This document shows positions 63,701 to 64,000 of a DNA stretch of 64,000 nucleotides, one piece after another (the stretch's first letter is position 1; each line of letters opens with the position of its first letter). The translations under genes and the position numbers were made by a program. Under the pieces are notes generated by a model, which ran no database searches, had not been told where the DNA came from, and saw nothing but the letters and a program-made list of their open reading frames with translations. The DNA is from Gammaproteobacteria bacterium (GTDB lineage Bacteria; Pseudomonadota; Gammaproteobacteria; Eutrophobiales; Eutrophobiaceae): assembly GCA_965243205.1 (NCBI GenBank), contig CBDEUK010000002.1, positions 736,001-800,000 of the forward strand, given 5' to 3'.

Positions 63701-64000
63701 AGCCATAGTAATTACCAGGATCATTTAGGCCATCGCGAGTGAAGAAGTTTTTGACGATGAGGCGATCTTCGCCAGTAGGACTGGAAACAACCAATGTTAA
63801 GTCATTTTGATTCGCACCATTACCATTCTCGCGTTTAATCGTAACATCAGAAGGTAAAATATCACCAATGAACTTAATAATATCCGTTTCTTCAGTGGCG
63901 CCATAAATACGGGTATTCTCTATTCGATCAGTGCCGTATCCTCGACCAAATAGATAAGTGTCATTTCCTCCCTCGCCACGAAGCGTATCATCGCCAGTAC
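60741..64000 (-). CDS. Large RTX / haemolysin-type calcium-binding protein, C-terminal part (type I secretion substrate); 5' end lies beyond the window
   Basis: Many GGxGxDxLx nonapeptides, IEELRFADGTTW blocks, C-terminal LVSVMAS...IAAAWQ; frame checked open from 63794 to the right edge. Confidence 0.95.
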   Translation of the reverse strand, partial: TGDDTLRGEGGNDTYLFGRGYGTDRIENTRIYGATEETDIIKFIGDILPSDVTIKRENGNGANQNDLTLVVSSPTGEDRLIVKNFFTRDGLNDPGNYYGSYINQIQFESSPDTIWDTNYLLDAALNSATDGNDWLGGYASDDTLNAGAGDDVVYGFDGNDTLDAGSGNDTVYGGEGNDVLNGDDGNDYLVGENGNDILDGGAGNDRLYGGDGNDIYYFGRNYGKDSIYLYDNGTNKLDKVIFKGDILPSEISAQQSGYNLILTLDVNTQLTLEYYFWSNGTDPKYQLEEFHFESTPSEIWGRNEIDTLIAAGSSNSNDDSGSSSSDTNGTVTSETFTGTNGDDVINAGGGNDWVYGQDGNDVLRGGDGNDYLYGRNDNDTLFGEDGNDSLYGDNGNDILDGGAGNDYMGGGYGDDVYHFGLGSGQDTISDYDPTAGNLDVVEFGAGIAPTDIQLSRTGNNLVLSVVGTSDKLTLSNYLLNDGDERYSIEELRFADGTTWVLDWIKETLLVGTSNGETITGYATSDVINAGGGNDWVYGQDGNDVLRGGDGNDYLYGRNDNDTLFGEDGNDSLYGDNGNDILDGGAGNDYMGGGYGDDVYHFGLGSGQDTISDYDPTVGNLDVVEFGAGIAPTDIQLSRTGNNLVLSVVGTSDKLTLSNYLLNDGDERYSIEELRFADGTTWVLDWIKETLLVGTSNGETITGYATSDVINAGGGNDWVYGQDGNDVLRGGDGNDYLYGRNDNDTLFGEDGNDSLYGDNGNDILDGGAGNDYMGGGYGDDIYHFGLGSGQDTISDYDPTAGNLDVVEFGAGIAPTDIQLSRTGNNLVLSVVGTSDKLTLSNYLLNDGDERYSIEELRFADGTTWVLDWIKETLLVGTSNGETITGYATSDVINAGGGNDWVYGQDGNDVLRGGDGNDYLYGRNDNDTLFGEDGNDSLYGDNGNDILDGGAGNDYMSGGYGDDIYHFGLGSGQDTIYDYDAAAGNQDKVTFQSGISANDLWFRKIGNNLEISVIGSEDKLTVSNQMLNANYQVETFELSDGKTLLLNQLDQLVSVMASISTTEPASIDGLTVQQQNELNTAIAAAWQ
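61081..62972 (-). repeat. 546-nt (182-aa) near-identical tandem repeat, about 3.5 copies, within the RTX gene
   Basis: gtgtcttgaccagagccta at 61081, 61627, 62173, 62719. Confidence 0.97.

Noticed and set aside
1-64000. CRISPR array, cas genes, transposase, integrase or prophage
   Set aside because: No short repeat-spacer array or such proteins seen; all long repeats are in-frame coding repeats.

Overview
AT-rich chromosomal segment of a probably marine gammaproteobacterium (inferred from gene content and many acidic proteins). In order it carries: a sigma28-type cheY-cheA-cheW-chemoreceptor cluster, whose receptor (missed by the ORF track, runs off the left edge) fuses two globin-like domains, an acidic repeat linker, a PAS_3 domain and at least 3 tandem Aer2-type heme-PAS domains; SCO/PCuAC/psd; a complete nuoA-N operon; a ~5.2 kb islet between nuoA and tRNA-Leu (ibpA with a ROSE-like thermometer, btaAB betaine-lipid genes behind Pho-box-like repeats, two integron-type cassettes with three decayed attC sites); housekeeping genes (secG, tpiA, rluB, scpAB, yciO/yciB/yciI/bolA, dam, dapE, aceA, clpSA, argAE, ilvD); a divergent locus with tandem Zur boxes, a ZnuD-like TonB-dependent receptor and two paralogous His-motif PEP-CTERM-type surface proteins; a VWA/TIGR03503-like operon; and the 3' end of a large RTX protein with 546-nt repeats. 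The best leads are the Zur/TBDR/PEP-CTERM zinc-capture module, the pseudo-globin/poly-PAS chemoreceptor with an internal start site, the integrase-less attC array, and two conserved genes (dam, an HhH glycosylase) that lack a canonical start codon. All calls come from reading the sequence by eye; no database searches were run.
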